64,000 nt of DNA from positions 32,001 through 96,000 of IMG/VR virus record IMGVR_UViG_3300028800_000059, one strand, 5' to 3'. Position numbers and translations under genes: made by a program. The notes beneath the pieces are model-generated. The model searched no databases and was not told the origin of the DNA. It saw only the letters and a list, made by a program, of their open reading frames with translations. Each line of letters starts with the position of its first letter. Within the stretch, counting starts at the first letter, position 1. The stretch is from a virus. Shown piece after piece: positions 16,455 to 23,686 of this stretch.

Positions 16455-16733
16455 TTATTCCTGCAAAAGCTTGATCTTCTTTTCCTTCTTGGCCTTCTTA
16501 TTGGCCTTGCGAGTCTTTTCATATTTTTCAAAGGCAGCATCAATCATTTTCTGCATTTGCTTTAGAAGTTCTTTCTTGTCGTCGGTGCTGCAATCCGGTT
16601 CACCATTGACCTTATCGAGCACTTTGGCGGCATCGATAAGTTTTTTATAATCCCTCCAATCTGGATAGGTATATTCTTTTAATGGCCAGTGTTCATCGAA
16701 AGGTCTCTGTATCATTGCACTCATTACACACAT
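16455..16733 (-). CDS. Hypothetical protein
   Basis: AAGGGAG RBS; GEPDC motif. Confidence 0.55.
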   Translation of the reverse strand: MCVMSAMIQRPFDEHWPLKEYTYPDWRDYKKLIDAAKVLDKVNGEPDCSTDDKKELLKQMQKMIDAAFEKYEKTRKANKKAKKEKKIKLLQE

Positions 16734-16755
16734 CTATTTTTCTCCCTTAAAAAAT

Positions 16756-16830
16756 TGGTAGGCCGTGAGAATTTCGAAATCTCGACACCGGGGTTAAAAG
16801 TCCCGCGCTCTGCCTCTGAGCTAACGGCCT
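16756..16830 (-). tRNA. trnK: tRNA-Lys(TTT)
   Basis: CGGGA-CTTTTAA-CCCCG, T-loop TTCGAAA, CCA. Confidence 0.92.
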
Positions 16831-16836
16831 ATGTTT

Positions 16837-17652
16837 TTAAATCTCAATCACCATTCCAGGATTAAACTTTAGATTTTCCTGGTAGTGGGCATATCCTCTA
16901 GGGTTACAAATTACCCGCGTTGTATTTATCATATAATCGTAATTATCATGGGTGTGACCATGAAACCACAACTTTACATTTGGACTCATCAAAGACTCTA
17001 AATTCGAAGAATACGCTCCATTTGTAATAAATTCAGTTTTGAATCTTGGATGCGTCGATTGCTTCGAAGGCGACATATGAGTAAACACGATCACTTTAAG
17101 CTGTGCAAATTCCTTGATTTTTTCTTCCAACCAAGCCCGTGAAGTCTTGTGAAGTTCATAGGCATCTTCTGGCTGGAAAGTTTTCCCTGGAACACTCTGC
17201 ATAATCTGGTAGTCATTTAGTTCATATTTGATTTGATGTAATGTGGTTGGATCGCCTTCATTGAAATCAGTCCATAACGTTGCACCAAGAAATACATACT
17301 CAGGAAATTTTCCAATCCATAGATGTTCATTTTCCATGATACGAACATTAGGATAATCCTTTAGAAATTCGCTGATGTTAGGTCTTGCATCGCGAACATT
17401 ATATCCATAGGCTTCATGATTACCAAAACAATACAGGATGTTTTCATATTTCTTGCTGGCGGCATCAAAAAATGCCGCAACATTCTTTTTATGGGCGCGA
17501 GATTCCTTATCGGTACGCGCCTCACTCAAATATTTGGCAACGCAAATATCTCCAGGCAAAAGCAACACGTCGGCATCTGGAAGTCCCTTGATTAATTCAT
17601 CAATTCCACCTGGAAATTCCAAATGTAAATCTGACATTTCTGCAATTCGCAT
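16837..17652 (-). CDS. Calcineurin-like metallophosphoesterase (start reassigned to MRIAEMSDLH)
   Basis: SDLH, GDI, GNHE, THMSP, FHGHTH motifs. Confidence 0.88.
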   Translation of the reverse strand: MRIAEMSDLHLEFPGGIDELIKGLPDADVLLLPGDICVAKYLSEARTDKESRAHKKNVAAFFDAASKKYENILYCFGNHEAYGYNVRDARPNISEFLKDYPNVRIMENEHLWIGKFPEYVFLGATLWTDFNEGDPTTLHQIKYELNDYQIMQSVPGKTFQPEDAYELHKTSRAWLEEKIKEFAQLKVIVFTHMSPSKQSTHPRFKTEFITNGAYSSNLESLMSPNVKLWFHGHTHDNYDYMINTTRVICNPRGYAHYQENLKFNPGMVIEI

Positions 17653-17806
17653 ATCAACTCCTAACTTCATTGTATTCTCATGATTTCTTCCAATTAGCAA
17701 CAAAACAAGACATTTTTTTCAAATCAGGTCCTAATGCAATCGCTGCCAATAAAAATGCCTGATACAGCTTTGTTTCTAGTTCTTTCATTTGTTATCCTTC
17801 AAAAAA

Positions 17807-17881
17807 TGGCGATCTATCCGGGAGTTGAACCCGGCTTTTCCGCTAGACAGGCGGGCGTAATAGCCGATATACCAATAGACC
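17807..17881 (-). tRNA. trnD: tRNA-Asp(GTC)
   Basis: CCGC-CTGTCTA-GCGG, T-loop TTCAACT, GCCA. Confidence 0.9.
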
Positions 17882-17918
17882 ATTCTATCACAAAATCACA
17901 ATCAATCCAAGCAAAAAA

Positions 17919-17993
17919 TGGTGCCGTGGTGTGGTGCTGCCCCACAATCTGGCCCTTACCAAAGGCCCGTTTTACTGTTGATACTACCTCGGC
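17919..17993 (-). tRNA. trnT: tRNA-Thr(GGT), non-canonical T-loop GGCAGCA
   Basis: GGCCT-TTGGTAA-GGGCC, T-stem TGTGG/CCACA, CCA. Confidence 0.86.
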
Positions 17994-17998
17994 AAATT

Positions 17999-18072
17999 TG
18001 GTGCCAGAGCAAGGAATTGAACCCTGATAAGTTGATTACGAATCAACCGTAATGCCTTTATACGACACTGGC
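17999..18072 (-). tRNA. trnT: tRNA-Thr(CGT)
   Basis: GTTGA-TTCGTAA-TCAAC, T-loop TTCAATT, CCA. Confidence 0.9.
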
Positions 18073-18139
18073 AATTATATCTTCCTGGCGTCGAGAGTTT
18101 CCCGCATATGTCCCCGTAGCGACAACACCAGTAGGATTT

Positions 18140-18214
18140 TGGGGTGAATGGAGAATTACGATATCTCGATTAGACCTTCACAGGGTCGCGTGTTTCCTCT
18201 ACACTACATTCACC
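18140..18214 (-). tRNA. trnH: tRNA-His(GTG) with encoded G-1
   Basis: GACC-CTGTGAA-GGTC, 8-bp acceptor G-1:C73, CCA. Confidence 0.9.
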
Positions 18215-18225
18215 ATAATCTCTTT

Positions 18226-18303
18226 TGGTCCCTCTGATTGGACTTGCACCAATCTTTTTAGCCTTATGAGGGCTCGACACACCTATCTCTGTCTCACAGA
18301 GGA
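18226..18303 (-). tRNA. tRNA with CAT anticodon (Met or Ile2), T-loop TGCAAGT
   Basis: AGCC-CTCATAA-GGCT, acceptor TCCTCTG/CAGAGGG, CCA. Confidence 0.82.
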
Positions 18304-18549
18304 TCGCCAACTTTCAATTCCCATTTTATAAATCAATCTATTTTTAATTGCTCTTTTTTGTTTTTTTATGACACTCTTTACATTTCATGGTCTATCCAGC
18401 GTAAAAAATTTGAAACACACCTATTAGATATGTTTCGACAGTGGGGGCTATCATAGTCACTGAATCACCCTGCCAACGGCTTGGCGCCTTCATCCAAAAA
18501 TCTGACGAAGATTTTTGTCCAGCATTGAACAAGTCCCGTCCCTCATAAA

Positions 18550-18625
18550 TGGTGCCGCCTCAACGGATCGAACGTCATTCTCCGCGTCTTCAGCGCGGCG
18601 TGAGAACCATCTTCACCAAAGCGGC
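18550..18625 (-). tRNA. trnF: tRNA-Phe(GAA)
   Basis: CCGCG-CTGAAGA-CGCGG, T-loop TTCGATC, CCA. Confidence 0.9.
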
Positions 18626-18720
18626 ATTATTTTTTCAATAATTTAACAACCTGATAGATTGTAATACAAACTATCAAAACAATTACAGGCACATATTGCA
18701 TAATTTTTCTCCTCTAAAAA

Positions 18721-18802
18721 TGGTGCCCTAGGAGGGACTTGAACCCCCATGCTTTCGCGCTTGCTCCTAAGGCAAGTGTGTCTGCCATTTCACCACCAGG
18801 GC
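18721..18802 (-). tRNA. trnL: tRNA-Leu(TAG)
   Basis: CTTGC-CTTAGGA-GCAAG, variable arm, CCA. Confidence 0.92.
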
Positions 18803-18808
18803 TTATTT

Positions 18809-18895
18809 TGGTGTCTCTGGAGGGAATTGAACCCCCACCCCGATTAAGGGAGCAGATTTTGAGTCTGCCGCGTCTGCCTGTTTCGCCACAAAGAC
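18809..18895 (-). tRNA. trnL: tRNA-Leu(CAA)
   Basis: GCAGA-CTCAAAA-TCTGC, long variable arm, CCA. Confidence 0.92.
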
Positions 18896-18896
18896 C

Positions 18897-19181
18897 TTAT
18901 AGTGTTCCTCTTGATCCAAGACCACAAGGACAATTCGAATTTGAACAATAATACCACATGGCCGCAGCCAGTTTCAATCCACACTTAGGACACTTACCAA
19001 AATCTCTCTCTTTTAGTATATAGTCCTCATCGTTCAAATTTGGGCATCCTTCATCCACCATTCTTTCTTCATAATCACCAGGTCTAGGAAAAAAATGATT
19101 ATAGACTACCTGATGTAAACTTGGAACATCTTCAAAATTTCTATATTGTTTCATTATTTCCTTCCTCTCGGATTTTCCCAA
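18897..19181 (-). CDS. Hypothetical protein with C-terminal Cys-rich zinc ribbon (start uncertain)
   Basis: CPKCG...CSNSNCPCG. Confidence 0.55.
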   Translation of the reverse strand: MGKSERKEIMKQYRNFEDVPSLHQVVYNHFFPRPGDYEERMVDEGCPNLNDEDYILKERDFGKCPKCGLKLAAAMWYYCSNSNCPCGLGSRGTL

Positions 19182-19378
19182 ATATTTTCTGGATTTCTGT
19201 TTCGTAATTTATCGGCAATGAACCAAACCCAAAGAAAAATTACAATCAAGCCTCCTTCGATATGAGTGGATTTATCCCAGAAAAGGAAAAACCCAGCGCC
19301 GAGAGAGAAAAAGATTTTTTCCCATTTGTGCGGTCTCTCCCAAATCCACGTCAACCAATCATCAAAACTATCTTTCAT
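19154..19378 (-). CDS. Small membrane protein
   Basis: Two hydrophobic segments. Confidence 0.5.
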   Translation of the reverse strand: MKDSFDDWLTWIWERPHKWEKIFFSLGAGFFLFWDKSTHIEGGLIVIFLWVWFIADKLRNRNPENIWENPRGRK

Positions 19379-19762
19379 TTATTTTCCCTTATGTGCCTCA
19401 CAACGAGTTCTCCACCAACCTTTTTCTTCGGTATTGGTACCTGGTGAACCACAAATTTCACAAATTTTGCCGCTTAATAATTCGGCCATTCTTATATAGC
19501 CATTCATTTCATCAGTAGAAAAGGAATCTAAATAAAATCTCAAACATCCAAATTTTTCTTTTACTTGAAATGCCGCAGGTTGCTTTGCCTTATTCCATTT
19601 AACATCGTTTTGAATAGCAAAACAAAGGCTATCAATTATATCATACCAACCATCGCCACAACTAAAACCCCAACACATAGCCGTTTGATTCTCTGGCGCA
19701 TGACGATCCTTGAAAATTTCAGGATAGTCGGCACAAAGTTTATCATCAAGTTCTTTTCTCAT
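19379..19762 (-). CDS. Conserved phage hypothetical protein
   Basis: CGDGWYDII and QVKEKFG.LRFY motifs. Confidence 0.7.
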   Translation of the reverse strand: MRKELDDKLCADYPEIFKDRHAPENQTAMCWGFSCGDGWYDIIDSLCFAIQNDVKWNKAKQPAAFQVKEKFGCLRFYLDSFSTDEMNGYIRMAELLSGKICEICGSPGTNTEEKGWWRTRCEAHKGK

Positions 19763-19781
19763 AAATCACTCCTTTAAAAAA

Positions 19782-19855
19782 TGGTGCGCCAGCATGGTTC
19801 TGCCCCACGGTTCCACGGTTATCGGCCGCGTTTCCTGCTATTGGAAGACAAGCGC
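19782..19855 (-). tRNA. trnI: tRNA-Ile(GAT), T-loop GGCAGAA, C at position 33
   Basis: CGCGG-CCGATAA-CCGTG, T-stem CGTGG/CCATG, CCA. Confidence 0.82.
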
Positions 19856-20011
19856 ATTTAATCCTGAAAGAAAATCGTTTTTGGCCTTTACACAAACCGG
19901 ACAATTATTACTCTTATCATGCGGACATTCGATCTTCCGAGCCAAAAATTCTTTTCGTTTGCTCTTGTAATAGTCAAGCGATTGACTAGGAAATGTCTGA
20001 TAACTAAACAT
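19838..20011 (-). CDS. Small hypothetical protein (CPH...CPVC); 3' end overlaps tRNA-Ile
   Basis: GGAG RBS before MFSYQTF. Confidence 0.5.
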   Translation of the reverse strand: MFSYQTFPSQSLDYYKSKRKEFLARKIECPHDKSNNCPVCVKAKNDFLSGLNALVFQ

Positions 20012-20092
20012 ATTTATCTCCTTGGTAACAAAAAACGCAAGACGTTCATTCAAAAACAATCTTGCGTTTTTTCGCCATGCAAGATCGTATTT

Positions 20093-20569
20093 TTACTCGG
20101 CCTTATGATCCTCAATTGTCACAGACTGTAATGTCCATGCTTCATTAACGCCCTTTGGCTTTACGAAAGTCAGTTTCAAAGTTGAATTAACTTCAACCCC
20201 ACCATGCTGAGGCATCCTTGCTAGTTCGGCTTTGGAATCCCAAAGGCTTTTACCAACATGAATGCCATTAACATAGTCATTATAGACATTCAAATAACCG
20301 ACTTTGGTTTCGACTGGGCGAACCAAGGCATATTCATCGTCATTCTTAGTGTATCCCTGGGAACTCAAATCATAATTATTAGATGGATTTCCATCATAAT
20401 CAACCCAGGAAACAAACTCAGGAACTCCAACACGCAACGAATATTGCGGCTTCACATTATAACGAATCATCAGAAGATCGGAATTAGCCGAGCCTCCCAT
20501 TACCTTGGCGTCATAATATCCACCTTTGGTTTCATAAACTTCACCAGTCTTAAATACGCTCTTACTCAT
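20093..20569 (-). CDS. Hypothetical protein
   Basis: 158 aa ORF tiling with neighbours. Confidence 0.6.
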   Translation of the reverse strand: MSKSVFKTGEVYETKGGYYDAKVMGGSANSDLLMIRYNVKPQYSLRVGVPEFVSWVDYDGNPSNNYDLSSQGYTKNDDEYALVRPVETKVGYLNVYNDYVNGIHVGKSLWDSKAELARMPQHGGVEVNSTLKLTFVKPKGVNEAWTLQSVTIEDHKAE

Positions 20570-20572
20570 TGT

Positions 20573-20797
20573 CTATTTTCCTTTCTTTGGTTTCTCTATT
20601 GGTGCGGCCAATAATGCTTCTAGCACATCAATCTTGGACTTTTGATATAGATACGCTCGACAGACATTGATGGTTTCAACATCATAATTTCCGGCATCAT
20701 CGTCAACTACGGTGCGCGCAAAAACATCAGCGCCGGGCATATCGACATACATAGGAATTTCCAAATACATGTTATTAGTTTTTGCTTTGTCGCTCAT
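20573..20797 (-). CDS. Hypothetical protein
   Basis: Tiles with neighbours. Confidence 0.55.
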   Translation of the reverse strand: MSDKAKTNNMYLEIPMYVDMPGADVFARTVVDDDAGNYDVETINVCRAYLYQKSKIDVLEALLAAPIEKPKKGK

Positions 20798-21275
20798 TTG
20801 ATTTTAATCCTTCACTCAAAATAATTGTCGCCCATTCAGAAATTCCAGGATTTGTTCGTTCGCGATTTCCTGCAACGTTCAACGTCACAATGCGATAGTC
20901 CTGAATAAATCTCCGTATCAAAAATATGGCTTCCTGTAGATCATAGGTGCGGCGAATTTTCAGAAATTTTCTATCTTCTTCGCAACAATATCTATGGGTC
21001 AGCTTGCAACCAGGCGATCCCAGATCACCCATAATCAACGTGCCATCAGAAATTTTTACGTTCAATCTAGTTCTTGGTGGATACGTTGGCGATGAATGTG
21101 CCAAGAGTCCATATTCTTTTGCGAACTCTGGATTTGGACCTTCGTCGGTCTTAAATCCCTGTGGCATCCAACCACCAGTTTTCAATCCAAGCACCTTGGC
21201 AACTTTCAGCGCAGTTTGATCCACGCCAGTTTGCCCACCAGATACAACTCTTTTAAGGGGCCAAGGTTTAATCAA
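20775..21275 (-). CDS. SLOG-superfamily (putative molybdenum-carrier family) protein
   Basis: VVSGGQTGVDQTAL, TGGWMPQG, RTRLNV..SDGTL, LNVAGNRE. Confidence 0.82.
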   Translation of the reverse strand: MIKPWPLKRVVSGGQTGVDQTALKVAKVLGLKTGGWMPQGFKTDEGPNPEFAKEYGLLAHSSPTYPPRTRLNVKISDGTLIMGDLGSPGCKLTHRYCCEEDRKFLKIRRTYDLQEAIFLIRRFIQDYRIVTLNVAGNRERTNPGISEWATIILSEGLKSNERQSKN

Positions 21276-21610
21276 AATATCTCCAATACCAACTTTTCAT
21301 ATTTGGGTTGCCTTCTGGCATCAATGAATATCTCGACGCAACCCTACGATATTTTTTGAACCCAATAAACCTAAGCCATTTTGGGGTACGCGCATAAATC
21401 CCATATTTAATTTCATCGTCAGTATATGACTTGAACATTGCTCACCATTCGACAAGCCACTGTGGAAATTGTTTTTTGAAAGTAGAATATTCCCAATAAC
21501 TCAAACCTGGCATGATAGATCGAAAACGTCTAAGATTTGATTTGCCTAAAAAAAATCTTAAATACCAAGGAGTAATTTGCCAATGTCCCGTTATTAAATT
21601 CATTCTTTAA

Positions 21611-21639
21611 AGTGTATCACATGTTCTAGTGGTATTCAA
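21611..21639 (-). promoter_or_regulatory. Sigma70-type promoter TTGAAT-17-TACACT
   Basis: 17-nt spacer with extended -10 TG. Confidence 0.6.
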
Positions 21640-21648
21640 CAATTATTT

Positions 21649-21723
21649 TGGACAACCGGGCGGTATCTGCCTCCGCATTTCGGGATTTGCAGTCCCGCAC
21701 ATTTCTAGGTCTGTCACCGGCTG
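21649..21723 (-). tRNA. trnC: tRNA-Cys(GCA), non-canonical T-loop GGCAGAT
   Basis: CGGGA-CTGCAAA-TCCCG, U73, CCA. Confidence 0.85.
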
Positions 21724-21730
21724 GTAGTAG

Positions 21731-21802
21731 TTGATCCTTGGCGAGGAATCGAACCTCGCGTTCTCCCGTCGGCGCATAGCCCACTAATGCTACAAGGATC
21801 AA
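21731..21802 (-). ncRNA. tRNA-like element with collapsed anticodon arm
   Basis: 10-bp terminal stem TTGATCCTTG/CAAGGATCAA, D-arm GCAT-TAGTGGGCT-ATGC, T-arm CGAGG-TTCGATT-CCTCG; only ~14 nt between the D and T arms. Confidence 0.6.
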
Positions 21803-21803
21803 T

Positions 21804-21879
21804 TGGTGGTCCCAGAAAGATTCGAACTTTCAATAGAGGATTCGTAGTCCTCAGGTTTGTCCAGTTAGCCTATGAGACC
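21804..21879 (-). tRNA. trnR: tRNA-Arg(ACG)
   Basis: GAGGA-CTACGAA-TCCTC, T-loop TTCGAAT, CCA. Confidence 0.9.
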
Positions 21880-21901
21880 GTATATTTTTACCTGCATAAA
21901 T

Positions 21902-21977
21902 TGGTCTTCCCGCGAGGACTCGAACCCCGAACTGTTCATTAGGAGTGAACCGTTATTTCCAGTTTCACTACGAGAAG
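21902..21977 (-). tRNA. trnR: tRNA-Arg(CCT)
   Basis: GTTCA-CTCCTAA-TGAAC, T-loop TTCGAGT, CCA. Confidence 0.9.
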
Positions 21978-21980
21978 GTT

Positions 21981-22055
21981 TGGCGATCCCGGAGAGATTC
22001 GAACTCCCACCGCCGGGTTCGAAGCCCGGAATTCTATCCATTATACTACGAGACC
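21981..22055 (-). tRNA. trnR: tRNA-Arg(TCG)
   Basis: CCGGG-CTTCGAA-CCCGG, T-loop TTCGAAT, CCA. Confidence 0.9.
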
Positions 22056-22060
22056 AAAAA

Positions 22061-22136
22061 TGGCTCCCATCCTACGTACCGCCCGTAGCCAATTCTGATT
22101 AACAGTCAGACCTCGTCGCTTGCTGAGTCGATGGGA
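22061..22136 (-). tRNA. trnN: tRNA-Asn(GTT), non-canonical T-loop GGCGGTA
   Basis: TCTGA-CTGTTAA-TCAGA, T-stem CTACG/CGTAG, GCCA. Confidence 0.85.
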
Positions 22137-22147
22137 ATAATTCTTAA

Positions 22148-22255
22148 TTGCAGGTTGGGCTCGACACCAACTGGCTGCCCCCATCTATACGGTTCTTGTT
22201 TATCAGCCGATTCCCGTAGTCATCGAAGGGTGCGTGTCCATCCACGCCGCTGCAA
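22148..22255 (-). ncRNA. 108-nt tRNA-like RNA with a large insert replacing the anticodon arm
   Basis: Terminal stem TTGCAG/CTGCAA, D-like hairpin GCGTG-GATGGA-CACGC, T-like hairpin GTTGG/CCAAC, internal GGCTG/CAGCC helix. Confidence 0.5.
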
Positions 22256-22270
22256 ACTCTTTAAACCTCT

Positions 22271-22351
22271 TGGTACAGGTGGCAGGATTTGAACCTGCGA
22301 AGACTCCTGATCCCAAATCAGGCGGACTAGACCAGACTATCCCACACCTAT
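22271..22351 (-). tRNA. trnP: tRNA-Pro(TGG)
   Basis: CCTGA-TTTGGGA-TCAGG, T-loop TTCAAAT, CCA. Confidence 0.9.
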
Positions 22352-22377
22352 ACAAAGAGGTCTATGTTTTATTTATA

Positions 22378-22674
22378 TCAATTCTTGAAAATTTTCGTGT
22401 TGCAATCAGGTAAATATGTCTTGGCGAGATACCAAAGGCCACGAGCAATCAACACAAACGCCGACCCAAATAATCCCAAATATCCAAATGCGCCGGCCGC
22501 CAAGCCCTTAAACAATTCACAATATGTCAGGCCTTTGATTAAAGGACCGTAGTTTTTACACCCAACATAACGATCATCAGGAAATTCTAGAATCCAAAAC
22601 CAACGATATAGAAAGGCACCTAACAAACCAGACAGATACCATGAAACAACAAGAATTGCAATATTGATATTCAT
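22378..22674 (-). CDS. Membrane protein, hypothetical
   Basis: Two hydrophobic helices. Confidence 0.55.
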   Translation of the reverse strand: MNINIAILVVSWYLSGLLGAFLYRWFWILEFPDDRYVGCKNYGPLIKGLTYCELFKGLAAGAFGYLGLFGSAFVLIARGLWYLAKTYLPDCNTKIFKN

Positions 22675-22907
22675 TATACCACCTTCATTCTCTTTTTAAG
22701 TTCCTGGCGAATATGTGCCGCACGTTCTTTTGCATCGTTGATATAGGCATTCATCGAATGATCGTTTTTGGAATAAACTGGATTGCGTTTTGCGTTCAAT
22801 TCTTCCAATTCTCTGACAAGTTTATCGGTGTCGATTGCTTCCTTTAGCAAATCTTCCGATGCCATGTTCATAAGATCAAGTGTATCAGAAAAACTGCCCA
22901 TGTTCAA
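22674..22907 (-). CDS. Hypothetical protein
   Basis: Overlaps neighbouring genes at start and stop. Confidence 0.55.
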   Translation of the reverse strand: MNMGSFSDTLDLMNMASEDLLKEAIDTDKLVRELEELNAKRNPVYSKNDHSMNAYINDAKERAAHIRQELKKRMKVV

Positions 22908-23072
22908 ATGATTTTATGGTTCTTGAGGATAATATTTACGGCCCCGGTTTGTCCCAATACCATCAACAAAAATCCAATCAGAACAATTTTCCAATCAGTT
23001 TCAGTGACAAATAATCGAAGTCCCGTTCCAAAGGCACACCAAAGAGCAACAAACCCAAGAAGGGCAACAATT

Positions 23073-23285
23073 TTACTTTTCATCTGCGTTCCTTGTCAAA
23101 AAATTAATCACGTCGGTTGCCGTCATATAACCAAGAGAATTGCTTTCGATGGATTTACCAATTAGATATTCTCGCGGTCCACTGGACATGAATCTCGTAA
23201 TTTCAATTCCCTCAATCCAAATGGTCTGGCCATCCCTCATGACCAATAGATTTGGCAGATATTCTACTTTATTGCGCGTTGACAT
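23073..23285 (-). CDS. Hypothetical protein (start reassigned to MSTRNK)
   Basis: This start minimises overlap with the upstream gene. Confidence 0.45.
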   Translation of the reverse strand: MSTRNKVEYLPNLLVMRDGQTIWIEGIEITRFMSSGPREYLIGKSIESNSLGYMTATDVINFLTRNADEK

Positions 23286-23472
23286 AAGGTTTGACTTCCG
23301 AACAATCGTGCCAAATCCAAGTGTTAAATCCAGTCTGTCCCATCCATTTTCGATAAATTTCATTATAGGAAGTTTCACATGCCTGGGCAGACATATATGG
23401 TAGCGGCAAAGTGACTGCGCTGCCGCCTGAACCAACACCCAAAAACACAATTAAAATCCACGTTGCTATCAT
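23269..23472 (-). CDS. Small membrane-anchored protein
   Basis: N-terminal hydrophobic helix; Y.S.QACE motif. Confidence 0.5.
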   Translation of the reverse strand: MIATWILIVFLGVGSGGSAVTLPLPYMSAQACETSYNEIYRKWMGQTGFNTWIWHDCSEVKPYVNAQ

Positions 23473-23684
23473 TGTGAGTGTCCTCCTAATTGACTAAATT
23501 GAAACTGATAATATTCCGCATCATGTCTGGCCTGTTTGAGGTCTTTTTTTAATTCATCGATTTCTTTTTTGTAGGCAAGAATCGTCTTTTTCAATTGACG
23601 ATTCTGCCATACCAATCCTTCATCGGGAGGAATGGCATCAATCCTTTTTTCCATAGGATCGATGCCAGTTGATCCATCCGACAT
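23469..23684 (-). CDS. Coiled-coil hypothetical protein (start reassigned to MSDGSTG)
   Basis: ATG lies directly after the upstream stop. Confidence 0.5.
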   Translation of the reverse strand: MSDGSTGIDPMEKRIDAIPPDEGLVWQNRQLKKTILAYKKEIDELKKDLKQARHDAEYYQFQFSQLGGHSQ

Positions 23685-23686
23685 AA

